A stretch of DNA of 32,000 nt from Bacillus subtilis subsp. subtilis str. 168. Its GTDB lineage: Bacteria; Bacillota; Bacilli; Bacillales; Bacillaceae. Of this stretch, positions 17,049 through 26,058 are shown one piece after another. Below the pieces are notes generated by a model that saw nothing but the letters and a program-made list of their open reading frames with translations, did no database searches and was not told the origin of the DNA. The number at the start of each line of letters is the position of its first letter. Position 1 is the stretch's first letter. The DNA is taken from NCBI RefSeq assembly GCF_000009045.1, contig NC_000964.3:450001-482000 (forward strand), read 5' to 3'. Position numbers and translations under genes: made by a program.

Positions 17049-17129
17049 AAAAGGAAACCTCTCTATATCCTCTACTGCATCTCCTTGCGACTTCATCCGC
17101 ACATCAAGATTGGCTAGGAGGTCTTTTTT

Positions 17130-19214
17130 ATGTATATGACTGCCAGAGAACAAAAGCTGTTAAAGCACTTATTATTACAAAACAGATATATAACCGTAAC
17201 TGAGCTTGCTGAGCTGATGCAAGTCAGCACGAGAACCATTCACAGGGAACTCAAATCAATTAAACCGCTGATGGAAACCGTGGGGCTTACGTTAGATAAA
17301 CAGCCCGGTAAAGGGTTGAAAGCAGTGGGAAGTCCCGAGGGTAAACAAAAGCTGCTTACTGATTTATCATATGAACAGCATGAATACAGCGCCGACGAAC
17401 GGAAACTGCTCATTCTTTGTTCGTTATTAGAGTCTCAGGAGCCCGTCAAACTGTACACGCTTGCTCATGATCTCCAGGTGACGAATGCCACGGTCAGCTA
17501 TGACTTAGATGAGCTCGAGAAGTGGATTTCTCCCTTTGGACTGACACTGATCCGCAAAAGAGGTTTTGGCATCCAGCTCATAGGGCCGGAGAATGCGAAA
17601 CGGAAAATTGTCGGCAACTTGATTGTGAACCGTCTCGACATCCAAATGTTTTTGGAAGCGGTTGAATTAAACATCAAAGGAAAAACCGATTCTTCAGAGA
17701 AAATGTTCGGGGTTGTCAGCAAAGGTGAGCTGTTAAAAATGGAGCGCATCTTATTTCAGCTCAAAGAAAAAATCGCTTTTTCATTGTCCGACAGCTCCTA
17801 TATAGCGCTCGTCGTCCATCTGACGTATGCGATCGAACGAATTAAGCTTGGGGAAACTATCACCATGGAGCAAAATGAGCTTGAGGAACTGATGAATGCG
17901 AAGGAATACAGCTCCGCTCTTGAAATCGCGGGCGAGCTTGAACGTGCCTTCGGCGTGACGATTCCAGAGGCGGAGGTCGGCTATATTACAATCCATCTTC
18001 GAAGCGCCAATCGAAAATACAAAACAGAATACAAAGCGCAGGAAATTGAGCTGGAAACAGCCCTGCAAACAAAGCGGCTCATTGCTTTTATTTCAGACAA
18101 AATCAGAATGGATCTGACGAAAAACTACTCTTTATATGAAGGCTTGATTGCCCATTTGGAGCCGGCCGTCAGCCGCATAAAAGAAAATATTGAGATATAC
18201 AATCCGATGAAGGAACAGATCAAGCGCGATTATTTTCTGCTTTATATGGCGATCGAAGAAGGTGTCGAAAAGTATTTTCCGGGCATGTCCTTTTCTGATG
18301 ATGAAATCGCTTTTATCGTTCTTCACTTTGGCTCGGCTCTTGAAATCAAAAAAGAAGAAGCAAAAGTGAAAGCGCTTGTCGTCTGCTCAAGCGGGATCGG
18401 CTCCTCGAAAATGCTTGCCTCCAGACTGAAAAAAGAGCTGCCGGAAATTGAATCGTTTGATATGTCATCTCTGATCGAGCTAAAGGGGAAGGATGTTCAA
18501 GCCTATGATATGATTGTGTCCACTGTACCGATTCCTTATGAAAACATTGATTACATCATGGTCAGCCCACTATTAAATGAGGAAGACGCAAACCAGGTCA
18601 AGCAGTATATCAAGCGGAAGATTCCCCTTATTCTTAACAAAAAAAGAAGCTCGAAGGAAGAGGCGCAGCAAGCTGATGTACCTGACATGCTGGAGGCGGC
18701 GGAAAGCATAGGGCGGTATATGGAAGTTATCCAAGATGTTCTGCGCCATTTTACGCTAGCTCAACTCAAAACAAACCCGGACCATAGCATGCTTCTGCTA
18801 GAGCTTTTTCAACAGCTGAAGAAGGATGGCCTGATCCGTGATCCGGAAAAAGCCGCGGTTTGCCTGGCTGAGCGGGAGAAACAAGGGGGATTGGGAATCC
18901 CCGGAACAAACATGGCGCTTTATCATCTCAAAAATGATGAAATCGTCCTGCCTTTTTTCAAAATGTTTGATCTCAGCACCCCCTATGAAGTGGATGGCAT
19001 GGACGGAAATACCCTCAGGATGACACGCATTCTCGTCATGATGGCGCCTGGCTCATTATCTGCTGAAGGCTCGGAGATTTTAAGCGCGATCAGCTCGGCA
19101 ATTATCGAGAGCGGAGAAAGCATGGCGGGGTTTCAGGAAGAAGGAGGACAAGAATTGTATCAGCGGTTAAACCGCATATTTTTCACATGGATGAAAGAAA
19201 AAAACATACTGTAA
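17130..19214 (+). CDS. mtlR: PRD-containing transcriptional activator of the mannitol operon
   Basis: N-terminal HTH ([21 protein letters not shown]), two PRD regions, an EIIB(Gat)-like segment [14 protein letters not shown] and a C-terminal EIIA(Mtl)-like domain. TAGGAGGT SD lies 7 nt upstream. 694 aa. Confidence 0.95.
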
Positions 19215-19224
19215 ACCTGCATGG

Positions 19225-19254
19225 CACACGTCAAAAATTTGGCGTGTGTTTTTC
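19225..19254 (+). terminator. Rho-independent terminator of mtlR
   Basis: cacacgtc (19225-19232) pairs with ggcgtgtg (19241-19248), including one G-U pair, followed by tttttc. Confidence 0.8.
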
Positions 19255-19331
19255 TGTGGATGGGGAACAAAATAAGAAAATGTGGGACTATTTTATCATT
19301 CAGTATTGGAATAATTCCAAAATGAAATAGT

Positions 19332-19360
19332 TTTACAAGTTATCTTTTTTGGGTTAAAAT
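19332..19360 (+). promoter_or_regulatory. candidate SigA promoter of ydaB
   Basis: TTTACA (19332-19337), a 17-nt spacer, then TAAAAT (19355-19360). Confidence 0.5.
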
Positions 19361-19425
19361 GGGTGAGGTAAGGAAGAAAATCTAACAAATTATTGAAGAT
19401 TCAAGAGAATATAGGAGATGACGAT

Positions 19426-20937
19426 ATGGAAACATTACAGCATCTGATTCTGCATGACATGCCGAATAGCGAAGAAATAGAGGCTGTAAAAAGCGGAGAC
19501 CATACACTGACATATAAAGGTTACCGTAAACGGATTAATCAGCTGGCGAATGCCATGCTTCAAAAAGGAATTCAAAAGGGCGACCGTGTTGCATTGCTTT
19601 GCAAAAACGGCCATCCCGCCTCAACTGTTATGTTCGCCGCACTTGAAATAGGTGCTGTTGTCGTACCTGTCAGCTGGCAGCTGAAACCATATGAAATGAC
19701 AGGCATTTTAAAAGCAAGTGAACCAAAAGCGATGTTTTACGGAGCGGAGTTTAAAGAGATACTGGATGAAGTTCTTCCTGAATTGTCCTCACTGTGTGTA
19801 ACAATGGAAACAGGAACAGCTTACGAAACATCTGCTGAATTTGAAGCGCTGTTTGCAGGTCCTGATCATTTGCCAGAGACGGAAATGGTTTCACCTGATG
19901 ATACAGCACTTCTGATGTTTACATCTGGAACAACGGGAAACCCGAAAAGATGCATGATTACACATGGCGGCATATACAGATACGTTAAAAAATCCAACAG
20001 CTCAATAGCACGTATGAAGGGCCTTCGTTTTCTCGCGTGCCATCCGATTTATCATACGAGTGCGCTCATTTGCATCATGCTTGGAACGTTTGCAGAAACA
20101 ACATTTGTGTTTACAAAGGATCAAGATCCTGTTCACATGCTGAAGGTCATTGAAGAAGAGAAGATTCAGACCGTGATGGCTCTTCCTGTGTTCTACACGT
20201 ATTTGCTTGAGGCGTGGGAAAAGCACCAAACTGACTTATCTTCGCTTGTTATTTTAATGACAGGCGGAACAAAAGTGCCGAGCAGCCTAATAAGCCGCTA
20301 TCTTGATATTGGCATTCCGCTTGCGCATGGCTATGGAAGTACTGAGGCTTGGGGCATCAGCACATGGACGCCTGATATGGGAATGGATAAAGCGGCATCT
20401 GCAGGAAAACCTGTGGCAGGTGTTAAAGTCAAAGTGGAAGATCCTCTGACCGGAGAAGAACTTCCTCAAGGAGAAATCGGCGAAATCGTTGTTCATACTC
20501 CATTCTTATTTAAAGGCTATGAAGACAATCCTGAAGCAACAGCGAAAGTGCTGCAAAATGGATGGTTTAGAACCGGAGATTCAGGATATGTAGATGAAGA
20601 TGGCTTTATTTTCATCACGGGACGCTACAAGGATGTCATTATTTACGGAGGCGATAACGTCTATCCTGATCAGGTTGAAGAAGTTATCCAGCAGATCCCG
20701 GGAATCCTTGAAACGGCTGTGGTCGGTATTCCTGACCCGCTTTACGGTGAAAAACCGAAAGCTTTTATCGTGAAAAATGGCGGCCAGCGCATCACGGAAG
20801 AGGATGTCATCGCATTTTGTAAAGAACGCCTGTCCGCTTACAAAATACCTGAAGTTGAATTTGTTAACGAACTGCCGAAAAACAACCTTGGCAAGGTGAA
20901 AAAAGACGTCCTGCGCAATCAGGCTGTACATTCATAA
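19426..20937 (+). CDS. ydaB: acyl-CoA ligase / adenylate-forming enzyme (ANL superfamily)
   Basis: Start placed at ATG 19426, with AGGAG at 19413-19417 and 8-nt spacing, giving 503 aa; the ORF-track TTG 19393 is rejected. AMP-binding motifs LMFTSGTTGNPKR, GYGSTE and TGD, plus the C-terminal Lys (GKVKK). Confidence 0.9.
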   Translation: METLQHLILHDMPNSEEIEAVKSGDHTLTYKGYRKRINQLANAMLQKGIQKGDRVALLCKNGHPASTVMFAALEIGAVVVPVSWQLKPYEMTGILKASEPKAMFYGAEFKEILDEVLPELSSLCVTMETGTAYETSAEFEALFAGPDHLPETEMVSPDDTALLMFTSGTTGNPKRCMITHGGIYRYVKKSNSSIARMKGLRFLACHPIYHTSALICIMLGTFAETTFVFTKDQDPVHMLKVIEEEKIQTVMALPVFYTYLLEAWEKHQTDLSSLVILMTGGTKVPSSLISRYLDIGIPLAHGYGSTEAWGISTWTPDMGMDKAASAGKPVAGVKVKVEDPLTGEELPQGEIGEIVVHTPFLFKGYEDNPEATAKVLQNGWFRTGDSGYVDEDGFIFITGRYKDVIIYGGDNVYPDQVEEVIQQIPGILETAVVGIPDPLYGEKPKAFIVKNGGQRITEEDVIAFCKERLSAYKIPEVEFVNELPKNNLGKVKKDVLRNQAVHS

Positions 20938-20941
20938 AAGA

Positions 20942-20976
20942 AGAAGCCCGTCCACTTTATGTGGCGGGCTTCTTTG
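20942..20976. terminator. hairpin terminator between convergent ydaB and ydaC, overlapping the ydaC 3' end
   Basis: agaagcccgtccac (20942-20955) pairs with gtggcgggcttct (20961-20973) with one bulged T. The + strand follows with ttgcag, which is weak. The minus strand follows with a T-rich cttcttcttttat. Confidence 0.65.
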
Positions 20977-21553
20977 CAGTTGCACAGACGGAAAGCTCAG
21001 GCTTAATGTTCTTAAATTGTATATCAATGTCTTCGAAGCCGGCTGCTTTAAAGTCAGCAATCATCTGTCTTCCAAATGATTTGGTTTTCTCAGGACTGGC
21101 ATCCGCTTCCCGCGGCTGCATCGTAATGGCTGCTTTGCCGCCTGGCTTTAATGCCCGATAAATCTGTTTTATGCCTTTTGTTTGGTCATTCCAAATGGTG
21201 TAGTTGTTAACGGAAATCACTTTATCATAAAACGAGGCGGGGAGAGGAAATGTCTCGATGCTTCCTTGTATCAGGCGTACGCCCTTTGGTTTCACTCTGC
21301 GGGCGGCCAGCTTCAGCATGGCCTCTGATACATCAATCCCATGAAGATGAACATCCTTCTCGCGTTTCAGCATCTGCTGCATGCAGTATCCCGGGCCAAA
21401 CCCGACTTCTAAAATGCTGTCCCCGCGCGTGATACCCAGCTGATTGATTGTCCACTGATTCAGTGTTTGATTTTCAGCAGCCATGATGTACCCGGCAATC
21501 ATGCCGATGACGCCCTTTGGCCTGCTGAATCTTCTAGAAAGCATGTTAATCAT
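20957..21553 (-). CDS. ydaC: class I SAM-dependent methyltransferase
   Basis: SAM motif I ILEVGFGPG and post-I/II blocks. The start is uncertain, with Met codons at 21553, 21544 and 21502. I keep the longest ORF because the N-terminal RPKGVIGMIAGYIM segment resembles a conserved extension seen in this methyltransferase family; that judgement is from memory. Confidence 0.8.
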   Translation of the reverse strand: MINMLSRRFSRPKGVIGMIAGYIMAAENQTLNQWTINQLGITRGDSILEVGFGPGYCMQQMLKREKDVHLHGIDVSEAMLKLAARRVKPKGVRLIQGSIETFPLPASFYDKVISVNNYTIWNDQTKGIKQIYRALKPGGKAAITMQPREADASPEKTKSFGRQMIADFKAAGFEDIDIQFKNIKPELSVCATAKKPAT

Positions 21554-21644
21554 TCAGCAACCAACCCCCTTTTTGAGTTAATTTCCTCTCAGCGTTCCAT
21601 GTGAAACATTTTTCTGATAAAGCAATGCGAAGGTGCCAAGCCAT

Positions 21645-21670
21645 GTTTATCCAAAGAGTGTGTGAGGTAC
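21645..21670 (+). promoter_or_regulatory. candidate SigB-type promoter of ydaD-ydaE
   Basis: GTTTAT (21645-21650), a 14-nt spacer, then AGGTAC (21665-21670). This compares with the SigB consensus GTTTAA-N12-15-GGGTAT. Confidence 0.5.
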
Positions 21671-21708
21671 ACAACAAATAGACATGAAAACAAAGGAGGA
21701 GAATCATC

Positions 21709-22569
21709 ATGGCAAATTATCCAAAAGAACTGCCGGCACAAACTCAAAGTCGCCAGCCGGGAATTGAAAGCGAAATGAATCCAAGTCCGGTGTATGAGTA
21801 CGAGGATTATAAAGGAGCAGACAAATTAAAAGGAAAAGTAGCTCTTATTACAGGCGGCGACAGCGGGATCGGACGCGCGGTTTCCGTCGCTTACGCAAAG
21901 GAAGGCGCAGACATCGCCATTGTGTATAAGGATGAGCATGAAGACGCTGAGGAGACGAAGAAACGTGTTGAACAAGAAGGCGTAAAATGCCTGCTGATTG
22001 CTGGTGACGTAGGTGAAGAGGAATTCTGCAATGAAGCGGTTGAAAAAACGGTCAAGGAACTAGGCGGCCTTGACATCCTTGTCAACAATGCAGGTGAACA
22101 GCACCCGAAGGAAAGCATCAAAGATATTACGAGCGAACAGCTTCACCGCACATTCAAAACAAATTTTTATTCTCAATTTTATTTGACTAAAAAAGCAATT
22201 GATTACCTGAAACCGGGCAGCGCCATCATCAATACGACATCCATCAACCCGTACGTAGGGAACCCGACACTGATTGATTATACAGCGACAAAAGGGGCGA
22301 TCAATGCCTTTACAAGAACAATGGCGCAGGCGCTTGTCAAAGACGGCATCCGTGTAAATGCAGTCGCGCCGGGTCCAATTTGGACGCCACTAATCCCAGC
22401 TACGTTCCCTGAAGAAACAGTTGCTCAATTTGGGCAAGATACGCCGATGGGCCGTCCTGGACAGCCTGTTGAGCACGTCGGCTGTTATGTGCTTCTGGCA
22501 TCAGATGAGTCCTCTTACATGACAGGTCAGACCCTGCATGTCAACGGCGGAAACTTTGTGACGACATAA
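21709..22569 (+). CDS. ydaD: short-chain dehydrogenase/reductase, general stress protein
   Basis: TGGDSGIGRA cofactor motif, NNAG, and the YTATKGA catalytic YxxxK. AAAGGAGG SD. 286 aa. Confidence 0.92.
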   Translation: MANYPKELPAQTQSRQPGIESEMNPSPVYEYEDYKGADKLKGKVALITGGDSGIGRAVSVAYAKEGADIAIVYKDEHEDAEETKKRVEQEGVKCLLIAGDVGEEEFCNEAVEKTVKELGGLDILVNNAGEQHPKESIKDITSEQLHRTFKTNFYSQFYLTKKAIDYLKPGSAIINTTSINPYVGNPTLIDYTATKGAINAFTRTMAQALVKDGIRVNAVAPGPIWTPLIPATFPEETVAQFGQDTPMGRPGQPVEHVGCYVLLASDESSYMTGQTLHVNGGNFVTT

Positions 22570-23087
<518 letters not shown>

Positions 23088-23088
<1 letters not shown>

Positions 23089-23117
23089 GGATGGGCTTAA
23101 CAGCCCATCCTTTTTGT
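23088..23117 (+). terminator. Rho-independent terminator of ydaD-ydaE
   Basis: aggatgggc (23088-23096) pairs with gcccatcct (23103-23111), followed by ttttt. Confidence 0.85.
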
Positions 23118-23118
23118 A

Positions 23119-23146
23119 TTGAAAAAAACAGAATCATCGCTATAAT
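23119..23146 (+). promoter_or_regulatory. candidate SigA promoter of ydaF
   Basis: TTGAAA (23119-23124), a 16-nt spacer, then TATAAT (23141-23146). Confidence 0.45.
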
Positions 23147-23173
23147 GGGTAAAAAAGGAAAGAGGGCGAGGCA

Positions 23174-23725
23174 ATGTTCACTTGCAAGGTAAATGAGCAC
23201 ATCACCATCCGATTATTGGAGCCGAAGGATGCGGAGCGGCTGGCCGAACTCATTATCCAAAATCAGCAGCGGCTTGGCAAGTGGCTGTTTTTTGCGGAAA
23301 ATCCAAGCAGCGCTGACACGTACCGAGAAACAATCATTCCAGATTGGCGGCGCCAGTATGCCGACCTGAACGGCATTGAGGCGGGTCTCCTTTATGACGG
23401 CAGCCTATGCGGCATGATCAGCCTGCATAACCTTGATCAAGTGAATCGTAAGGCGGAAATCGGATATTGGATTGCCAAAGAATTTGAAGGGAAAGGCATT
23501 ATTACAGCTGCCTGCCGAAAACTCATTACGTATGCTTTTGAAGAGCTTGAGCTGAATCGTGTGGCGATCTGTGCGGCTGTCGGAAACGAAAAAAGCAGAG
23601 CGGTTCCGGAGCGGATCGGGTTTCTAGAGGAAGGAAAGGCACGGGATGGCTTATACGTAAACGGCATGCATCACGACCTCGTCTACTACAGTCTGTTAAA
23701 GCGTGAATGGGAAGGCGAAAAATAA
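23174..23725 (+). CDS. ydaF: GNAT-family N-acetyltransferase (RimJ/RimL-like)
   Basis: GNAT core is present (RKAEIGYWIAKEFEGKGIIT, acetyl-CoA loop). 183 aa. Confidence 0.9.
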   Translation: MFTCKVNEHITIRLLEPKDAERLAELIIQNQQRLGKWLFFAENPSSADTYRETIIPDWRRQYADLNGIEAGLLYDGSLCGMISLHNLDQVNRKAEIGYWIAKEFEGKGIITAACRKLITYAFEELELNRVAICAAVGNEKSRAVPERIGFLEEGKARDGLYVNGMHHDLVYYSLLKREWEGEK

Positions 23726-23740
23726 AGAGCACACTTTCTT

Positions 23741-23767
23741 GTTTAAATCTTCCCCGGATGTGGAAAA
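23741..23767 (+). promoter_or_regulatory. candidate SigB-type promoter of ydaG
   Basis: GTTTAA (23741-23746), a 14-nt spacer, then TGGAAA (23761-23766), about 35 nt upstream of the ydaG start. Confidence 0.55.
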
Positions 23768-23802
23768 GTAACAGCGGAGACGTTAAAAAGGAGTGATTCG
23801 AG

Positions 23803-24225
23803 ATGAATCAGCAAGACATTAAACAAAAAGTGCTTGATGTTCTAGATCACCATAAAGTAGGTTCGCTCGCAACAGTTCAAAAGGGCAAACCGCATTCCCG
23901 CTACATGACTTTTTTCCATGACGGGCTGACGATTTACACACCGACAAGCAAGGAAACTCATAAAGCGGAAGAAATTGAGAACAACCCCAATGTCCACATT
24001 TTATTAGGCTATGATTGTGAAGGTTTTGGCGACGCATATGTCGAAGTTGCCGGAAAAGCAAAGATCAACAATTCGGCAGAACTCAAGGACAAAATATGGA
24101 GTTCCAAATTAGAGCGCTGGTTTGACGGCAAGGATGATCCGAATCTGGTGATTCTTGAAATTGAACCGGAGGATATCAGATTAATGAATGCCGGGGAGAA
24201 AACACCGGTCTCACTCGAACTATAA
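23803..24225 (+). CDS. ydaG: general stress protein 26, pyridoxamine 5'-phosphate oxidase-like split-barrel fold
   Basis: AAAGGAGTGA SD. 140 aa. The PNPOx-like N-terminal pattern is present (KVGSLATV...GKPHSRYM). Confidence 0.9.
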   Translation: MNQQDIKQKVLDVLDHHKVGSLATVQKGKPHSRYMTFFHDGLTIYTPTSKETHKAEEIENNPNVHILLGYDCEGFGDAYVEVAGKAKINNSAELKDKIWSSKLERWFDGKDDPNLVILEIEPEDIRLMNAGEKTPVSLEL

Positions 24226-24618
24226 AAAATTTGTGTTTTCAGGGGCGATATGTTATTATGAATAGCTAGTAAGAAAAATAAGCAAATAAAAAAGAAAGTA
24301 AACTTCTTTTTTCTGTTTTGAGAGAGAAGCTTACCGCTTCCCAAGCAGCATAACCAGCTGCCCTTATTCTTTTCCTTCATAACAAATCGCCCCTAACGAT
24401 GAGATGGAAAAAAGACTTTTTTGTTTTACAATTCACACCGGCGCGGCTTCGGAGCCGCAGTGACGATTGAGAGGTAGGGCTTTCGTTGTCTTGTGTTCAA
24501 GAAATTTCCATGGTGTTTACTTTCCAGAATGATTCTTCGGAACAATGCTTTATGAATCTAACCCGCCTGACTTGGCGGATGATATAATCTTTATTTGCGT
24601 ATAGAAAAGAATAAGACA

Positions 24619-24650
24619 AACCGCCCGGCGTACGCCGGACGGTTTTTTTA
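24619..24650 (+). terminator. strong orphan Rho-independent terminator about 400 nt downstream of ydaG and about 80 nt upstream of amj
   Basis: ccgcccggc (24621-24629) pairs with gccggacgg (24634-24642) with one mismatch, followed by a run of 7 T (24643-24649). No CDS ends nearby. Confidence 0.7.
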
Positions 24651-24670
24651 TTGCAAAAAACACATCGTAC

Positions 24671-24698
24671 TGAAACCTCCTTGTCTTCTTTCCAGTCT
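24671..24698 (+). promoter_or_regulatory. candidate ECF-sigma (SigM/W/X-type) promoter of amj
   Basis: TGAAAC (24671-24676), a 17-nt spacer, then AGTC (24694-24697), compared with the ECF pattern TGAAAC-N16-17-CGTC/CGTA. ydaH/amj is known to belong to the SigM regulon. Confidence 0.4.
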
Positions 24699-24730
24699 TA
24701 TCTCTAGGATGAAATTGGAGGAAGAATAAC

Positions 24731-25540
24731 GTGCATGTCATTACAACACAAGTACTTTTTATTTTTTGTTTTTTATTGCTGATTCACTCGATAGAAACCT
24801 TAGCCTATGCGACAAGGCTTTCCGGAGCTCGCGTTGGATTTATTGCGTCCGCGCTTTCTCTGTTTAATGTCATGGTCATCGTATCCAGAATGTCGAATAT
24901 GGTGCAGCAGCCCTTTACTGGGCATTTAATTGATGATGCTGGAAAAAACGCACTGGCGATTGTAGGGGAGCAGTTCCGCTTTTTAATTTTCGGATCGACA
25001 GTCGGCACCATTTTGGGCATTATCCTGCTCCCGTCTTTTGTCGCTCTTTTTTCACGGGCGATTATTCACTTGGCGGGCGGCGGCGGCTCCGTTTTTCAAG
25101 TATTCCGAAAGGGATTCTCGAAACAAGGATTCAAAAATGCCCTTTCCTATTTGCGTCTGCCGTCCATTTCATATGTAAAAGGATTTCATATGCGCTTGAT
25201 TCCGAAGCGTTTGTTTGTCATCAACATGCTGATCACATCGATTTATACGATTGGTGTGCTTTCGGCTTTATACGCAGGCCTTTTGGCGCCGGAGCGCAGC
25301 ACGACAGCCGTCATGGCTTCGGGTTTGATCAACGGAATTGCAACGATGCTGCTGGCTATTTTTGTTGATCCTAAGGTATCCGTTCTTGCTGATGATGTGG
25401 CAAAAGGAAAACGAAGCTATATCTATTTAAAATGGACCTCTGTCACAATGGTCACATCAAGGGTGGCGGGCACACTCCTCGCCCAGCTCATGTTTATTCC
25501 CGGGGCCTACTATATCGCGTGGCTGACAAAGTGGTTTTAA
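24731..25540 (+). CDS. amj: alternate lipid II flippase Amj (DUF2837 membrane protein)
   Basis: GTG start with GGAGG at 24716-20. 269 aa, polytopic and hydrophobic throughout. Confidence 0.9.
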   Translation: MHVITTQVLFIFCFLLLIHSIETLAYATRLSGARVGFIASALSLFNVMVIVSRMSNMVQQPFTGHLIDDAGKNALAIVGEQFRFLIFGSTVGTILGIILLPSFVALFSRAIIHLAGGGGSVFQVFRKGFSKQGFKNALSYLRLPSISYVKGFHMRLIPKRLFVINMLITSIYTIGVLSALYAGLLAPERSTTAVMASGLINGIATMLLAIFVDPKVSVLADDVAKGKRSYIYLKWTSVTMVTSRVAGTLLAQLMFIPGAYYIAWLTKWF

Positions 25541-25544
25541 TAAG

Positions 25545-25576
25545 AAAGGCTGGATCATAAAGATCCAGCCTTTTTG
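25545..25576. terminator. bidirectional terminator between amj (+) and ydzA (-)
   Basis: Perfect 12-bp stem: aaaggctggatc (25545-25556) pairs with gatccagccttt (25562-25573). T-rich sequence flanks both sides. Confidence 0.88.
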
Positions 25577-25583
25577 CGCTTCC

Positions 25584-25874
25584 TTATTTATAGTTCCTTA
25601 ATCCGCGGTCGTACAAAAAATTTCCGAATGGGACGAAAGCGGCGATGAAGCCGGCAGCTGACCATTTCAGCGGCCATTTGACAGAGAAGGTTGCATAAGC
25701 CAAGACAAGCAAATACAAAATGAACAACCCGCCGTGAACCGAACCGACAATTGTCACCGCAAGCGGAAGGCCTGCCCAATATTTAAGCGGCATAGCGATG
25801 AACAACAGGATTAAGAGTGACATTCCTTCAATAAAACCCATCGTGCGAAGTCTTCCGATCGGCGTGTGCAGCAT
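25584..25874 (-). CDS. ydzA: small three-TM membrane protein (DUF3817-like)
   Basis: Start placed at ATG 25874 (MLHTPIGRL...), with AAGGAGG 7 nt upstream on the minus strand, giving 96 aa. The ORF-track start 25904 has no SD. Confidence 0.8.
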   Translation of the reverse strand: MLHTPIGRLRTMGFIEGMSLLILLFIAMPLKYWAGLPLAVTIVGSVHGGLFILYLLVLAYATFSVKWPLKWSAAGFIAAFVPFGNFLYDRGLRNYK

Positions 25875-25998
25875 AAATCGCCCTCCTTGTGGACACGTTT
25901 TCATTTTATACTATAAACAATCCGGGGGGGCATATGACAGCTTTCAAAAAATGTTCGGAAAACATTCATTTTTACATGCCTTTTCTAGGGAACTGTAC

Positions 25999-26027
25999 TT
26001 GTCATTTACAAAAATACCCGAGATAAT
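25999..26027 (+). promoter_or_regulatory. candidate SigA promoter of lrpC
   Basis: TTGTCA (25999-26004), a 17-nt spacer, then GATAAT (26022-26027). Confidence 0.5.
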
Positions 26028-26058
26028 GTGTACAAAATCAAAAAAGAAGGATGTTGAA

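Noticed and set aside
24009-24380. A 123-aa minus-strand ORF (MKEKNKGSWLCC...) starting in the ydaG-amj spacer, with a GGGG about 10 nt upstream.
   Set aside because: Two thirds of it is antisense to the ydaG 3' end. The sequence is low-complexity, with F/L/K/S runs derived from A/T tracts. I judged it spurious, although only expression data could exclude a short peptide.
24550-24741. A 63-aa minus-strand ORF across the orphan terminator and the amj promoter.
   Set aside because: It would be translated through a terminator hairpin and begins inside the amj start region. It has no SD.
25798-26058. The 87-aa N-terminal extension of lrpC in the ORF track.
   Set aside because: It overlaps the ydzA coding region and the divergent promoter region. 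The Lrp/AsnC fold begins at MKLDQIDLNIIEEL, which has its own SD and a promoter-like element upstream.
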